From positions 3,968,001 through 4,032,000 of the forward strand of contig OZ250150.1 in NCBI GenBank assembly GCA_965237675.1: 64,000 bases of DNA. Direction: 5' to 3'. Origin of the DNA: Candidatus Latescibacterota bacterium (lineage in GTDB: Bacteria > Latescibacterota > UBA2968 > GCA-2709665). The notes under the pieces were generated by a model, which was not told the origin of the DNA, made no database searches, and saw only the letters and a list, made by a program, of their open reading frames with translations. A program made the translations under genes and the position numbers. This document shows, in pieces, positions 10,843 through 21,400 of the stretch (position 1 is the stretch's first letter; the number at the start of each line of letters is the position of its first letter).

Positions 10843-12195
10843 TCATCGCTTTTTCTTGAATACGATGCGTACCGGGGTCCCTTTCAAATCGAAGCGCTCC
10901 CGTAGGCGGCGTTCAAGAAAACGCCGATAGTGTTCCGGCACGTCGCGCGGTCTGGTGGTGAAAAAAATTATCGTGGGAGGCTCGACCACAGGTTGGACGC
11001 AATAGTACATCTTCGACGCCCGTCCCCGCCTGGTGGGAGGCGGGCTGGTCGCGTTGACGTCCTCCAGAAGCCGGTTCAACGGCGAGGTTGCGATGCGCAG
11101 GCGGCGTTTTTCGTAGATCTCCAGCGCCACTTCCACCGCCTTCCATGCACGTTGCCCGGATAGCGCCGATACGAAAAAGATCGGAAAATCGTTCAGCGAG
11201 GGAAACCGACCGATAATATCACGGGAATAGGCAATCGCCGTTTTGTCGTCTTTCTCGACCAGATCCCATTTGTTCATCGCCAGAAGCGCGCCCTTGCCCA
11301 ATTCGGCCGCGTCGCCGAGTATCTTGACATCCTGAAGCGTGATGCCTTCATCGGCGTCGGCAATGACGATGGCGACGTCACACCGCTCCAGACTCCTCCT
11401 GGTGCGGACGGTGCTGTAATATTCGACCTGCTCTGTCACCCTTGTGCGCCTGCGAAGTCCTGCGGTATCGACCAACAGGAAACCCCGGCCATTTCGCTTC
11501 ATCGGCAGGTCGATCGCATCGCGCGTCGTACCGGGAATCGGGCTGACCACCACGCGGTCCTCACCCGCAAGACGGTTGACGAACGTGGACTTTCCCACAT
11601 TCGGCCTGCCCACCACCGCAATACGCGGCACACCGTCATCTTCCTCCGGATCCGGGTCGGTTTCGGGAATGAGGGCGACCACCTCGTCCAGAAGATCTCC
11701 GGACATCCTGCCGCTCAGCGCCGAGACGGGAATGGGATCTCCCAGGGCCAGGGCGTAGAATCCGGCCACGTCCGGCTCGTCGCGCTCCGAATCCACTTTA
11801 TTGACAACCGGAAGGCACGGTGTCCCGTTCAGGCGTACCAGACGGGCAATGGCCGCATCATCGTCGGTCGGACCGGTTTTGGCATCCATAACCAGCAGAA
11901 TCACATCCGCTTCGGCCACGGCCACCTCCACCTGTTCCCCGACGGATTGCGTTATGCCCGCCGCCGGGTTTTGCATATAGCCGCCCGTGTCCACCAGCGT
12001 GAAAACCCGCCGGTTCCAGGCAACCTCCGCATAGTTCCGATCTCTGGTCGCGCCGGGCAGATCGTCGACAACGGCCCGGCGATGTCCCAGAAAACGATTG
12101 AAGAGTGTGGACTTCCCGACGTTGGGCCGCCCGACTATAGCAACGACTCGTCGCCTCGGCAAAAGTTGCGCTCCAATGTTTGCCGCGTCAGGCAA
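10843..12195 (-). CDS. der: Ribosome biogenesis GTPase Der
   Basis: Two GRPNVGKST P-loops, DTGG and DTAG, NKVD and NKWD, C-terminal KH-like domain. Confidence 0.97.
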   Translation of the reverse strand: MPDAANIGAQLLPRRRVVAIVGRPNVGKSTLFNRFLGHRRAVVDDLPGATRDRNYAEVAWNRRVFTLVDTGGYMQNPAAGITQSVGEQVEVAVAEADVILLVMDAKTGPTDDDAAIARLVRLNGTPCLPVVNKVDSERDEPDVAGFYALALGDPIPVSALSGRMSGDLLDEVVALIPETDPDPEEDDGVPRIAVVGRPNVGKSTFVNRLAGEDRVVVSPIPGTTRDAIDLPMKRNGRGFLLVDTAGLRRRTRVTEQVEYYSTVRTRRSLERCDVAIVIADADEGITLQDVKILGDAAELGKGALLAMNKWDLVEKDDKTAIAYSRDIIGRFPSLNDFPIFFVSALSGQRAWKAVEVALEIYEKRRLRIATSPLNRLLEDVNATSPPPTRRGRASKMYYCVQPVVEPPTIIFFTTRPRDVPEHYRRFLERRLRERFDLKGTPVRIVFKKKR

Positions 12196-13603
12196 CCTGA
12201 TGCGGCAGAATATACGGATGCTGCGTGCTCATCTGATCGTCTTCCGCGCCCGCGCGGGTATCGCCAACGGCGGCCCGTGCCGCCGTATCCGCAAGATCGT
12301 AGGTGCCGATACAGACCTGGCGATTCAAGGCTTTTTCCAGATCCATGGGGGTCATGTCGTCCAGAAACAGGCCGTGATGGCTCACGCAGTTGGGTGGCAG
12401 GATCACGAAATCGGTTTCCCGCCACTGCGCTTTCAGCACGTCCAGCATATCCTGTCCGGTCAGCAGTCCCGAAACCGTGATACCCTCACCCAGAAAACGG
12501 TTTTTTACCTCCACGACATGCGCTGTCAACCAGGGGATGCGGTTCAGACGCTCCGCCATTGGCCGGATGAATTCCGCGCCGAGCACGCTTGTGACCAGCG
12601 TCATCGAGACCGGTCGGCATTTCAGCGATGCCAGCGCGGGTACCCCCGCTTCGAAGCAATCCGTGAACCGGCGCACCATTCCCACACCGTTCTCCACAAG
12701 CGGAAAGCCGTCGTAGTGAGCGGCCTCGGGGATTCTCCGGCCGGCCATCAGATAGAATTCGTCACCAAAATACACGAAGTTGACGCCGAACTTCCTGTGA
12801 AGACGACGCTGCCACGCCGCAGCCTGGTCCAGGCACTCGACGGCAACCTCCGGCGTTACCGGGTCCAGGCGGGGCAGATTCCGGCGGAATCGGGTCAACC
12901 CCAGTGGAACAATGCCCACGGATTCTACGGATGGGTACCATCGGGCCAGATCGAACACCGTGCGCTTGAGGTGCCCTCCGTCGTTAAGACCCGGGCACAG
13001 AACGACTTGTGCATGCATTTGAATGTTGTGGCTGGCCAGAAAACCGATGCGATCCATAACGTCCACCGGCTCTTTCCGCCCCAACAACGCACCCCGTAGT
13101 TCCGGATCGGTTGCATGCACCGATATGTACATGGGGCTCAGGCGCTGTTCGACGATCCTCTGAAACTCCGCTTCGGACAGATTGGTGAGTGTGACGTACG
13201 CACCATGGAGAAAGGATAGTCTGTAATCGTCGTCCTGGTAGTAGAGGGTCTTTCGCATCTTCCTGGGCATCTGGTGGAGAAAACAGAAAACACACTTGTT
13301 GTTGCACTTGATGATGGGCATGTCCGCCAATGTCACGCCAAGGTCGTCGTCCGTTTCTTTTTCGACGTCCACCACAATGACGTCGTCTCCCCGCCGCAGA
13401 ATGACCTTCACCGTCTCTTCGGCGATATGGAAACGATAGTCGATCGGATCGCGTACCGGTTCCCCATTGATGGATTCTATGACATCTCCCGGCTGGATTC
13501 CAACGGCTTGTCCGGTACCTCCGGCGGCCACGTCCTCCACACCAAGCCCCACGACCGCCTCGTCGACCTGAAGCGACCCCTCTACCTGACCTGATTTCTT
13601 CAT
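12188..13603 (-). CDS. PDZ + DUF512 putative Fe-S (radical SAM-like) protein
   Basis: N-terminal PDZ-like GIQPGDVIESING; CNNKCVFC; DDDYRLSFLHG; ENGVGM; commonly adjacent to der. Confidence 0.9.
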   Translation of the reverse strand: MKKSGQVEGSLQVDEAVVGLGVEDVAAGGTGQAVGIQPGDVIESINGEPVRDPIDYRFHIAEETVKVILRRGDDVIVVDVEKETDDDLGVTLADMPIIKCNNKCVFCFLHQMPRKMRKTLYYQDDDYRLSFLHGAYVTLTNLSEAEFQRIVEQRLSPMYISVHATDPELRGALLGRKEPVDVMDRIGFLASHNIQMHAQVVLCPGLNDGGHLKRTVFDLARWYPSVESVGIVPLGLTRFRRNLPRLDPVTPEVAVECLDQAAAWQRRLHRKFGVNFVYFGDEFYLMAGRRIPEAAHYDGFPLVENGVGMVRRFTDCFEAGVPALASLKCRPVSMTLVTSVLGAEFIRPMAERLNRIPWLTAHVVEVKNRFLGEGITVSGLLTGQDMLDVLKAQWRETDFVILPPNCVSHHGLFLDDMTPMDLEKALNRQVCIGTYDLADTAARAAVGDTRAGAEDDQMSTQHPYILPHQVA

Positions 13604-13645
13604 ATGGATTTATATGTACCTGTTAGAGAATAAAGTGCAGAAAAA

Positions 13646-13691
13646 CCTTATACCATCACTTTGAAGTTAAAACAAATTGAGAAAAGGTCAA
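13646..13691 (-). promoter_or_regulatory. Candidate sigma70 promoter(s) for the DUF512-der operon
   Basis: AT-rich gap; TTGACC-N16-TAACTT and an overlapping TTGTTT-N17-TATAAG. Confidence 0.35.
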
Positions 13692-13793
13692 GAAAAATGT
13701 GGCAATCCATTCGCTTTTCACAATGAATCCGGCAAACTGCCCCGGGCATTTGTCCACAGGCCGGGCGCAACGGACCGCCTGCACGGATGGGCC

Positions 13794-14342
13794 TCACCCT
13801 CGACCCCGCGGAGGATTCAAAAGCCGGGGTCGTGTGCTGGCAACCTCGTCCAGAATCAGCGGGTTCAGGTCGATGACGCGATGCAGGGTTTCGGCGTGGA
13901 CAAGCTGCGAGGCCGTCAGGCCCTCCGCTCCGGTAAATGTGGTACTGCACAGGTTCGTGTTGTGAAAAACGGCATCTTCCAGGTCCGCTTCCTTAAGAGA
14001 GCCTTCACTGAGATCGCAATCGGTGAAATCGACGCCGGCAAGTACCGCCCCGTAGAGATTCACACAGTTCAAATTGGCTTGCCGGAAGGTGGCATTTCGA
14101 AGAAATGCATCACTCAAATCCGTGTGATCCAGTACGGTGCGGTCGAAATTCGCGCCGATCAGTGTGGCCGAACTGAGATTGTCGTAACTCAGGTCCATTC
14201 CGCTGAAGTCGACGCCGCTGAGGTCTTCGTAGCTGAAATCGGCGCCTGACAGATCGGGCGTGTGTGCGCGATTCTCGGCCCGCCAGCGATTCCATGTCTG
14301 AACACTTTTCCTGATGATGCTCAAATGGGTTGGATTGGCCAT
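13794..14342 (-). CDS. Pentapeptide repeat protein
   Basis: MANPTHL...WNRWR...PDLSGADFS followed by A(D/N)LxX-type repeats. Confidence 0.92.
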   Translation of the reverse strand: MANPTHLSIIRKSVQTWNRWRAENRAHTPDLSGADFSYEDLSGVDFSGMDLSYDNLSSATLIGANFDRTVLDHTDLSDAFLRNATFRQANLNCVNLYGAVLAGVDFTDCDLSEGSLKEADLEDAVFHNTNLCSTTFTGAEGLTASQLVHAETLHRVIDLNPLILDEVASTRPRLLNPPRGRG

Positions 14343-14385
14343 TCTGTCGACTGCCAGGGGTAACGAAATCGATTTTTCGGAACGT

Positions 14386-15285
14386 TTACGATGTGAGCGT
14401 GTTTACGAAATAGCCCAGAAAGCGCTCCGAGTCCACGTCCACGCACACGTCCGCGTTGGCCTCGCATTTATCGGAACGGATCGGAACCGTTGCGCCGTTG
14501 AGACGGTCGGAACGTGTTTCGACGTGGATGGCGCTGGGCCGGGTATCGCAGAACGAAGGGTCGAAAACCATCGCGACGGCTAAGGGATCATGGAGAAGCG
14601 GATGCGTCCTTCCAGAGTCCTTGCTCCACAGTTGAATGAGATCGAAGCACAGGCGGTTGAGGGGTCGGTCCACGGATCCGATCGTCTGTACCTGCGCAGT
14701 GTCCAGACGGCATTTTTCGGTTACGTCGAGGCCCACCATGGTGATCGGGGCGCCGGCGCCGAAAACCACGTGCGCCGCTTCGGGATCGCAAAAGAAGTTC
14801 CACTCCGCCTTCAATTGACCCACACATCCGCCCATCAGGATGATTCTGGTCTTCTGTGCCAGGCGAGGTTCCAGCGTGAAAGCGGCGGCGATATTCGTCA
14901 GCGGCCCGATCGGTACAAGCGTAACGTCGCCGTTGCCGTTCATGACGGTATCGATGATGAATTCGACGGCGCGGCCGGCGGCGGGCTTGCTGGTTCCCGG
15001 GTATCGCCGGATCGCCTCCATCTGCCGCGGTCGATGCGATTCAATGGCGGCCTGGCCCTTGGATAGTGGATCGAACAACGGCTTCCCGAGGCCCGCGAAC
15101 ACCGGAACGTCACCTTGGCCTAGCGCGTCCAGGATGCAACACGCCAGTTCGGCTCGACGCCAGGTATTGCGGAATACGGTCGTTACGCCGACAATCTTAA
15201 TCTCCCCGCAAAGCAGCGCAAAGGACAGCGCGAGCGCGTCGTCCACGTCGTCTCCAATATCCGTATCGAGGATGATCTTCTTCAT
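14386..15285 (-). CDS. Inosine/uridine-preferring nucleoside hydrolase family
   Basis: IILDTDIGDDVDDALAL, IGPLTNIA, AEWNFFCDPEAA, LHDPLA; start ATG 15285. Confidence 0.93.
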   Translation of the reverse strand: MKKIILDTDIGDDVDDALALSFALLCGEIKIVGVTTVFRNTWRRAELACCILDALGQGDVPVFAGLGKPLFDPLSKGQAAIESHRPRQMEAIRRYPGTSKPAAGRAVEFIIDTVMNGNGDVTLVPIGPLTNIAAAFTLEPRLAQKTRIILMGGCVGQLKAEWNFFCDPEAAHVVFGAGAPITMVGLDVTEKCRLDTAQVQTIGSVDRPLNRLCFDLIQLWSKDSGRTHPLLHDPLAVAMVFDPSFCDTRPSAIHVETRSDRLNGATVPIRSDKCEANADVCVDVDSERFLGYFVNTLTS

Positions 15286-15321
15286 TTGATTCCTTTCGCA
15301 CAACCCTGGCCGCGGATGTAA

Positions 15322-15351
15322 TTGCAGGGGCGACCCTTGTAGTCGCCCTGG
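15322..15351 (+). repeat. REP-like palindrome (GTAG family), copy 1
   Basis: TTGCAGGGGCGACCCTTGTAGTCGCCCTGG; 28/30 identical to the reverse complement of 45011-45040. Confidence 0.75.
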
Positions 15352-15364
15352 TGCCGGCAGACAA

Positions 15365-15994
15365 TCAACCCCCAATCAGTGCCACTGGATTGTCTGCGTC
15401 CACCGGCCGTGCGCCGATTTCAAACAGGTGAGCGTTGTCATCGGAGTCCAACGCGAAAACGGTTTTTCCAGCCCCGGTTGCCTCCCGGCAGAGCGCCTCG
15501 GTCTTCCGTCCTATTTCCGCATGGGCGATCAAGATGATGTCCGAGAGCGCGGCGACACGTGCATTTCGTTCGGCTGCGGTAGCTGCAGTGGGACGGCGGA
15601 CATGATCGTCGAAAAAGGACAGAAACATGAGACGGCCATCATCGAGCAGCGGGTTCCATACCTTCAGAATCCGCATCCTGCCGAGCCCGCGCGCCGGACA
15701 GACGACTACCCGCGCCGAGCCACGCACCAACAGCCACAGGAACTCACACTCCATTGGAGATTGAAACCCGCCCACAAACGTCACGTCAACATCCCGCAGC
15801 GCCCTCGCAAGATCGAACGTCTTCAAAATCACGTCGCCGGGACAACGAACCGAACAGAAGAAACCGATCAGCCGTCCATCAAGTATTCCCGGATCCCCCA
15901 AAAGCGCAACCGGCGCCTCTCTCCCGGTGCCGACGCATCGCCTCAACACCGCCGGCATTTCCGGCGCGTACGTATCAAAACGCTTGATGTTCAA
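15365..15994 (-). CDS. DprA/SMF-like (SLOG superfamily) short protein
   Basis: LLGDPGILDGRLIGFFCSVRCPG...GGFQSPME...VVCPAR...ERNARVAALSD.ILIAHA..G.KT. Confidence 0.8.
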   Translation of the reverse strand: MNIKRFDTYAPEMPAVLRRCVGTGREAPVALLGDPGILDGRLIGFFCSVRCPGDVILKTFDLARALRDVDVTFVGGFQSPMECEFLWLLVRGSARVVVCPARGLGRMRILKVWNPLLDDGRLMFLSFFDDHVRRPTAATAAERNARVAALSDIILIAHAEIGRKTEALCREATGAGKTVFALDSDDNAHLFEIGARPVDADNPVALIGG

Positions 15995-16061
15995 TTGATC
16001 AGATCCGGGCTAATTCTGCGGTTCATCATCAAGTGACAGATCACCGTAAAAAGCCTACATC

Positions 16062-16301
16062 TCACGCGAACTCATAGAGCGGCACTGTCGTTACCGGCTG
16101 GCGGTCTTCCTCCAGCAGGCGTTCAATCCTTCGAACCGTCTCGAGATTCAGCAGCACATCGCCGCAGAAAGAACAAACCTCAGCCGGAACATGGTCGACG
16201 ACGATCACCTGGTCATCACGACGTACGGTGTGCGTAACGTCTTTCGCTTCGTATTGTCCGGGACATCCGTCGATGCTACATTTCATGTCGATTGTCTCCA
16301 T
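16062..16301 (-). CDS. YgiT-type zinc-finger protein (MqsA-like antitoxin)
   Basis: C.I.GC.G...VDHVPAEVCSFCGD motif. Confidence 0.85.
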   Translation of the reverse strand: METIDMKCSIDGCPGQYEAKDVTHTVRRDDQVIVVDHVPAEVCSFCGDVLLNLETVRRIERLLEEDRQPVTTVPLYEFA

Positions 16302-16595
16302 TCATACGTAACGCGCGTCCTTTTCGATACGTTGAACAAACGGAGTGCGGAGACTCTTACTCAGCCGCCGGATATCCACCCTGCACCCGAGGGCTTGCTC
16401 CAGATAGATGTGAAGCCCGGCCAGATCGTCGAACTTTGGTTCCCTGAGTTCTACAACGAGGTCGACGTCGCTGTCTGCCCGCTGTGTTCCCGAAGCGTAT
16501 GACCCGTACAGGCCGATCCGGCGAACGCCAAATCGACGATCCAGTTCAGCTTTATTTTGGGCAAGAAACCTGAGAATGTCCTGTGCTGATCTCAT
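16302..16595 (-). CDS. Minimal nucleotidyltransferase (MNT antitoxin family)
   Basis: FGVRRIGLYGSYASG.QRADSDVDLVVE; ATG at 16595, 97 aa. Confidence 0.88.
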   Translation of the reverse strand: MRSAQDILRFLAQNKAELDRRFGVRRIGLYGSYASGTQRADSDVDLVVELREPKFDDLAGLHIYLEQALGCRVDIRRLSKSLRTPFVQRIEKDARYV

Positions 16596-16729
16596 AATTG
16601 CTTCTTTAATTCGCGCTGGGCAGGGTCTGTTCTGCTGCTCCATGGTCGTGTCGAGCCAGACGGTACATCCGCAAATTCGCACAGAACATCGCGTGCCGAT
16701 TCAAGCCACGCTTTCGCTTGATTTCTCAA
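16592..16729 (-). pseudogene. Truncated HEPN-domain toxin remnant
   Basis: TTG start overlapping the upstream MNT; (M)RNQAKAWLESARD resembles HEPN N-termini (W...A..DL); resemblance is lost after about 15 codons. Confidence 0.55.
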
Positions 16730-17063
16730 ACAGCGTCTTTCCTGAGCTTTCAATCCTACTGAGAAACGAAGCGCCCTGTTTTCGAAGAAGCTCGTACTCG
16801 GACCTGGTGTAGACAACAAGGTCGACGGGAATATGCCTGTTGATCGCTCGGATACTCTTCCTGACTGCAGTTCTTAATGCCATCCTTTCGTCGTAGGTAC
16901 CCGAGACCGCCTCCGAGTCCAGAATGACCAGCAAATCGAAATCGCTCTCCGATTCTCGCTTACCCGCGGCAGCAGATCCAAATAGTACAACCCTGTACGG
17001 ATCAACAGTCAGAAGACACGAGACGATATCGTCAAGGTCGCTGGTGGTCGTCTTCTCCGTCAT
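16701..17063 (-). CDS. Nucleotidyltransferase domain protein (MNT antitoxin family)
   Basis: DPYRVVLFGSAAAG...ESDFDLLVI...PVDLVVYT..E. Confidence 0.88.
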   Translation of the reverse strand: MTEKTTTSDLDDIVSCLLTVDPYRVVLFGSAAAGKRESESDFDLLVILDSEAVSGTYDERMALRTAVRKSIRAINRHIPVDLVVYTRSEYELLRKQGASFLSRIESSGKTLFEKSSESVA

Positions 17064-17123
17064 CTTCCCCTCTCATAATCGACTCCAATTTGCTCCCCGC
17101 TGCGGAAGGTCACGTCTCTCAAT

Positions 17124-17188
17124 CACTCCCCCCTTGAGGGGGAGTCGGCAAGCCGAGGGCGCCAGCCCGAAGGCGCGCCGGTGGGGGG
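17124..17188. repeat. GC-rich palindromic intergenic repeat
   Basis: ACTCCCCC-CTTGA-GGGGGAGT hairpin followed by a second GC-rich stem ending CCGGTGGGGGG. Confidence 0.55.
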
Positions 17189-17244
17189 TTCTTATCGTCC
17201 TCCCCAACCGCAAGAATTCAGCTATGCCACGGCGGGACGCAATA

Positions 17245-17421
17245 CTACTCGGGGACAGACAGCGCATCTTCCTGGAGCGAGATGATATATCCTTGGATCG
17301 CCTCCTTGATATTGGCAATCGCTTCCTGCCTCGTGACCCCCTGGCTGACACAGCCGACCAGGCTGGGGCATTCAGCCACCCAGTAATCGTCTTCTCCGGG
17401 ATAAAGTAATACCTGTCTCAT
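17245..17421 (-). CDS. HicB-family antitoxin (short, no HicA partner)
   Basis: MRQVLLYPGEDDYWVAECPSLVGCVSQGVTRQEAIANIKEAI. Confidence 0.88.
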   Translation of the reverse strand: MRQVLLYPGEDDYWVAECPSLVGCVSQGVTRQEAIANIKEAIQGYIISLQEDALSVPE

Positions 17422-17499
17422 TACGGTCCCTTTCGGCAATAACGTCTGCAATCACAGTCGATTGCTTGCTGGCAGTGAAATGCGACCCACTGCGTTAAT

Positions 17500-17573
17500 T
17501 CATCCCGTTGATTGCCGTGACGCCAACTGTTCGCGGAATGTGCGGACTTCCTCAATGATACATCGTGGTTCAT
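17500..17573 (-). pseudogene. Frameshifted remnant of the small gene that typically follows this PIN family
   Basis: MNHD then a frameshift into IEEVRTFREQLASR, resembling D.I.EEVR..RE small proteins. Confidence 0.45.
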
Positions 17574-17583
17574 CGCCTTATTC

Positions 17584-18062
17584 TTACAGCAACTCTCCCG
17601 GAGTGCAGATGATAGGTGGCTCGTATCCCATTGAACGACACGCTCGCTCAATTTGGTTTCGCATCGTCGCGTTGTCCAGATACTCAAAATTCCAGGTCAG
17701 CAAGTAATCTATCTCACCGCTGATGGCTACCGCGATATGTAGAGCATCGAGTGCCGCCCTACATGGTAGCGGGCCTTCATCAATTAAAATCACGTAAAAT
17801 CACGCCAAATTCAGCCGCCGTTTCGGTCTGCTCGATTGTCTGGCAAATCGGCTATCGGTCCAAGACGCGGTGTAGCCAGCTCAGAATCGCCTGCTACAGC
17901 GTCTGATACAACGAACTCGGAAATATACAATTCGTAGTCGAGCCGTTTTTCGCTCCACCACTGCCGGGTTAACGCCTGGCGAGCAGCGGTGATGATATCA
18001 CGGCTTGGATCAGCAGCGAGATAGCTAATGACTGAGTTTTCGATGTAGAGCTTCGGCTTCAT
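17584..18062 (-). pseudogene. PIN-domain (VapC-like) toxin, frameshifted
   Basis: MKPKLYIENSVISYL...WW and DALHIAVA...DYLLTWN...IICTP in different frames; 10-bp tandem duplication TAAAATCACG at 17785-17804 plus another shift near 17835. Confidence 0.85.
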
Positions 18063-18139
18063 ACGCAATGTCGACGCTTAATGCCAGTACGCGGTCTATT
18101 TCATCAATGATCGGCCTAAGGATGCTCACGTTGCACCGA

Positions 18140-18367
18140 TCAACTTGAGGCCCCCAATAGATAATCTCCAGTAGTGCGCGAAGCGAACCGTATGTCGCCC
18201 CGTTTATCCAGACACGTACTTGCGCCCAGGATTTCAATACCGGCGAGGCGGCCTGCCGCATCGTAGTCCAGCGCGATTCCTTCCTCAATGACGTCCGTCG
18301 TCACCGTTGTTTCCTTTAGGCGGATGTATAGGGCATCCACCTCACGATCGTAAGAAATCTTCATCAT
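18140..18367 (-). CDS. DUF2283 family protein (putative antitoxin)
   Basis: MKISYDREVDALYIRL...GIALDYDAAGRLAGIEIL. Confidence 0.85.
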   Translation of the reverse strand: MMKISYDREVDALYIRLKETTVTTDVIEEGIALDYDAAGRLAGIEILGASTCLDKRGDIRFASRTTGDYLLGASS

Positions 18368-18420
18368 CGCCGCCTCATATTTCGAGCTGGAGTGCCATCT
18401 CGCGTGCTCGCAGAGACCGC

Positions 18421-21400
18421 TCAGTCCATTACACTGAAATAGCCCCTACGCAGCAGGTTCTCCCGAGCCCGCCTAGCGTTCTCACGAACGTCTTCGTCGT
18501 CGTGGTCCAGACCTGCTTTCAGAATGATCTTTGCATCGCTCGTTGGGATGGAGAACCTGCCGCTGCTGGGTAGCGCATCGGTCAGCTTGGCGAAGCATGC
18601 CACGACCGGCGGCGTGTGCATTGGAAGCAACGTCGGCATCGACCGAGTAACCTCGTGAGGGAGCCATGTTCTGGGGTGTTCAACTCGTCCCTCCTCGAGA
18701 GTACCGGTTTCGTCAAGGATTCCGTCTACGTCCAAAACCTCCGAAAAGGCATCCAGACGCCATTCGGCATCCAAGCACTCGGCTTTCAACCACGCCGCAA
18801 ACTCTCGAAGTTCCATCGGGTCCCCGGCTTTCAATCGCGACTCGAAAAAGGCAACGATCCTCTGCTTTAAACCCGTTTCAAGCTGCTTGCCAGTATTTCG
18901 CAATGAATTCCCGACATAATTGAACAACGTCGCCCAATGATTCCGTACACCGTCGGTTTTCAGGTAATAACGTTCCAGCAGGCTCTGGTCTCCCTTAAGC
19001 GGATATACGTCCCACAAATAGTAGGTAAACAAATGTTGACCTAGCTTCACGGTTAACTCTCGTCCGATTCCCTTTTGCTCTCCCAGCGACCCCAGATGAT
19101 CCAGCGCAAATTCGAAATCGCCGCGCAGTTTATCGAATATTGGGCTGCAAGGACGGTTGTAACGCATGAAATAGCCAAATGCCACCCGCCACGATTCCAT
19201 GTCATGTTGGGGAAACAATCGCGACTTTCGGGATGCGCCCCACTCTGCATCCAGCTGGAACAGACAACCGAATCGCATACCCAGGACGGCGTGCTCAGGA
19301 AGCGCAAATGGATACTTGGATTCGGAGCCGAGTCTCTGTTCAAGGATCGCCGTTACCTCAGGTACATCCGCTTTATCATCGTGCCGGAGCACCCAGAGTC
19401 CGAATTTAACCAGAATATCCACCGCACTGCCACGGGTCGTGTTTATCGCTTCGGCAAACTGATCGTCACGGTTCAGGAGTACCGGGTTGTCGTTATCCAG
19501 GCGCCAATCGTATTGCGTGCATAGCACTTCAAGTAGCTTGCCCAGTTTTCCACGGAAAGAAAGTGGCAAATCGACATCCAACTTGATACAGGCTTCGACA
19601 AAGTCACACACCGCTCGACGAGAATGACGCCAGTTGGGAGATTCACTGGACTCGTCTCCTGTACGTCCGAATCTGTCGGCCTCCTCGTTTTCCGGATCCT
19701 CATGGGAGAGTACCCACTCGCAGAATTCTAACCATTGTACAAGCCTAACAAAGTTCCTCCCTGCCACGTCATCCCGCATTGCGTCGACAATCATACGCAC
19801 GTAAATGGGCCTCAGTATGCTGTCACGATTTGTAATCCAGAAATTCAGCCGTTCCGAACAAGGGATGATCGAATCCTTGAAGACCGTTTGAAAAGCTCCG
19901 GCCAATGCTCCGACATTAATCTCTGTGGCTCCATCATTCGAGTCCCAATGCTCATCCTGCCATTCGTTGATGTAGTCGAGTAACTCCCCATCTGAGAGAT
20001 TCATCAGCTCTTCGGACGACACGGGGCTGCGAGAGGAAACCCATCCACCTTTGGACTGGCTATCGGGCGGGTAGCTTGCGTCCGTGATTTCATCCTCGTC
20101 GTCATCTGCTACAAGTCGCTTGAAGTTGTCCAGGTACTTTCCAAACAGGATCGTCGCGAACGGTCTGAGTTGCTGACGATGAAAGCGTTTTTTCCGCCGC
20201 TCGAATTCGGTCTTCGTGAATTGGTCACCCATCCATTCACGGAAATCTTCCTCTGGAGGACCGTTAAGAATTGCATCGAATATTTGGCTGCGCTTGTCCT
20301 CAGTCAGCAACTCCTCACCGAAATGGTTACAAGCCAGCCGTATCATGCGTTGAAACTCATACTTGTGTTCCCGTCTCCCGTAGTCGCTGTGTGTGCGCAC
20401 CATCTCCTGAATCCACGGTTTGGTTTGCTCGCTTGGGCAAAAGGCGTATAGGTGTTGCCGGAGACGTTTGAATACATCCCACCGTGCGTCCCTCAACGCG
20501 TTATCAAGGGCTTCTATCGATTCGATTTCTAGTTCATAGACCTTTTCGCAGGCATGAGTAAGCGTATGAACGAGTGACTCGTCTAGGTCTGGATGTTCAC
20601 GTTTTGGATCTTTGAGTCGCGGACACCATATATCGGAATAATCAGAGCTCCTGCCGCTCTCAAGATCTTCCTGATGCATCCCTAGACGAATCATATTCGA
20701 CGTCGCGTCGATCAATGTACGGGCAACCTTGTAGGGCTCTTTTTCCGCCAGAGGACGAACCCCTTCGTCCAAGATATCCTGGTAATTCTCGTTGAAACGT
20801 GGCAAGGGTCTGAGTAGAGTCATCATAGACGCAATCTCATCCTCTACAGAAGAATTCCCATCCACATTCAACTGTCTTTCCTGTTTCTGTTTTTCTACTG
20901 CATTAGGATCGGGAACAAACTGAACGAGCAAATTTGCAAGCTCCAATGCGGCATCCGTCTGGCCCTCAGCCGTCCAATATGCCAGAACTTGAGGGAATTT
21001 AAACGGAAAGAATTGGTTTTCAAGTTTGGCGTACTCGAGCATTTTGTTCTTTAGTAGTACGGATTGCTCACTGTCGAGTTCCAAGACTATGTCCAAAATA
21101 TCACTATACACCCTCGGATTATCGACTGACGGAAGTTGCAACACTATCTGAATGATCTCTTGAATGACTTCCTTTGTGGCATCATTACAGATGTTTTTGA
21201 GATATCGGAGCTCAGGCCAGAAAGGGTATTGAATATTTCCATCTGCCGAGGCCACTACATTCGGTGGATCTTTGAAATAACCATTTTGACGAAGAGGGTC
21301 CAGCCATATGGGATCAGTGGTGTAAAGAAAGAAATATCTGTAGTTCTCACCACGGCTACGAAGCAGCTTTAGCGCTCGATTTGTTTCAATTGATGTGGCA

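Noticed and set aside
17230-17247. Stop-codon readthrough or recoding at the HicB TAG
   Set aside because: Downstream codons do not continue a HicB-like sequence; simple truncation is more plausible.
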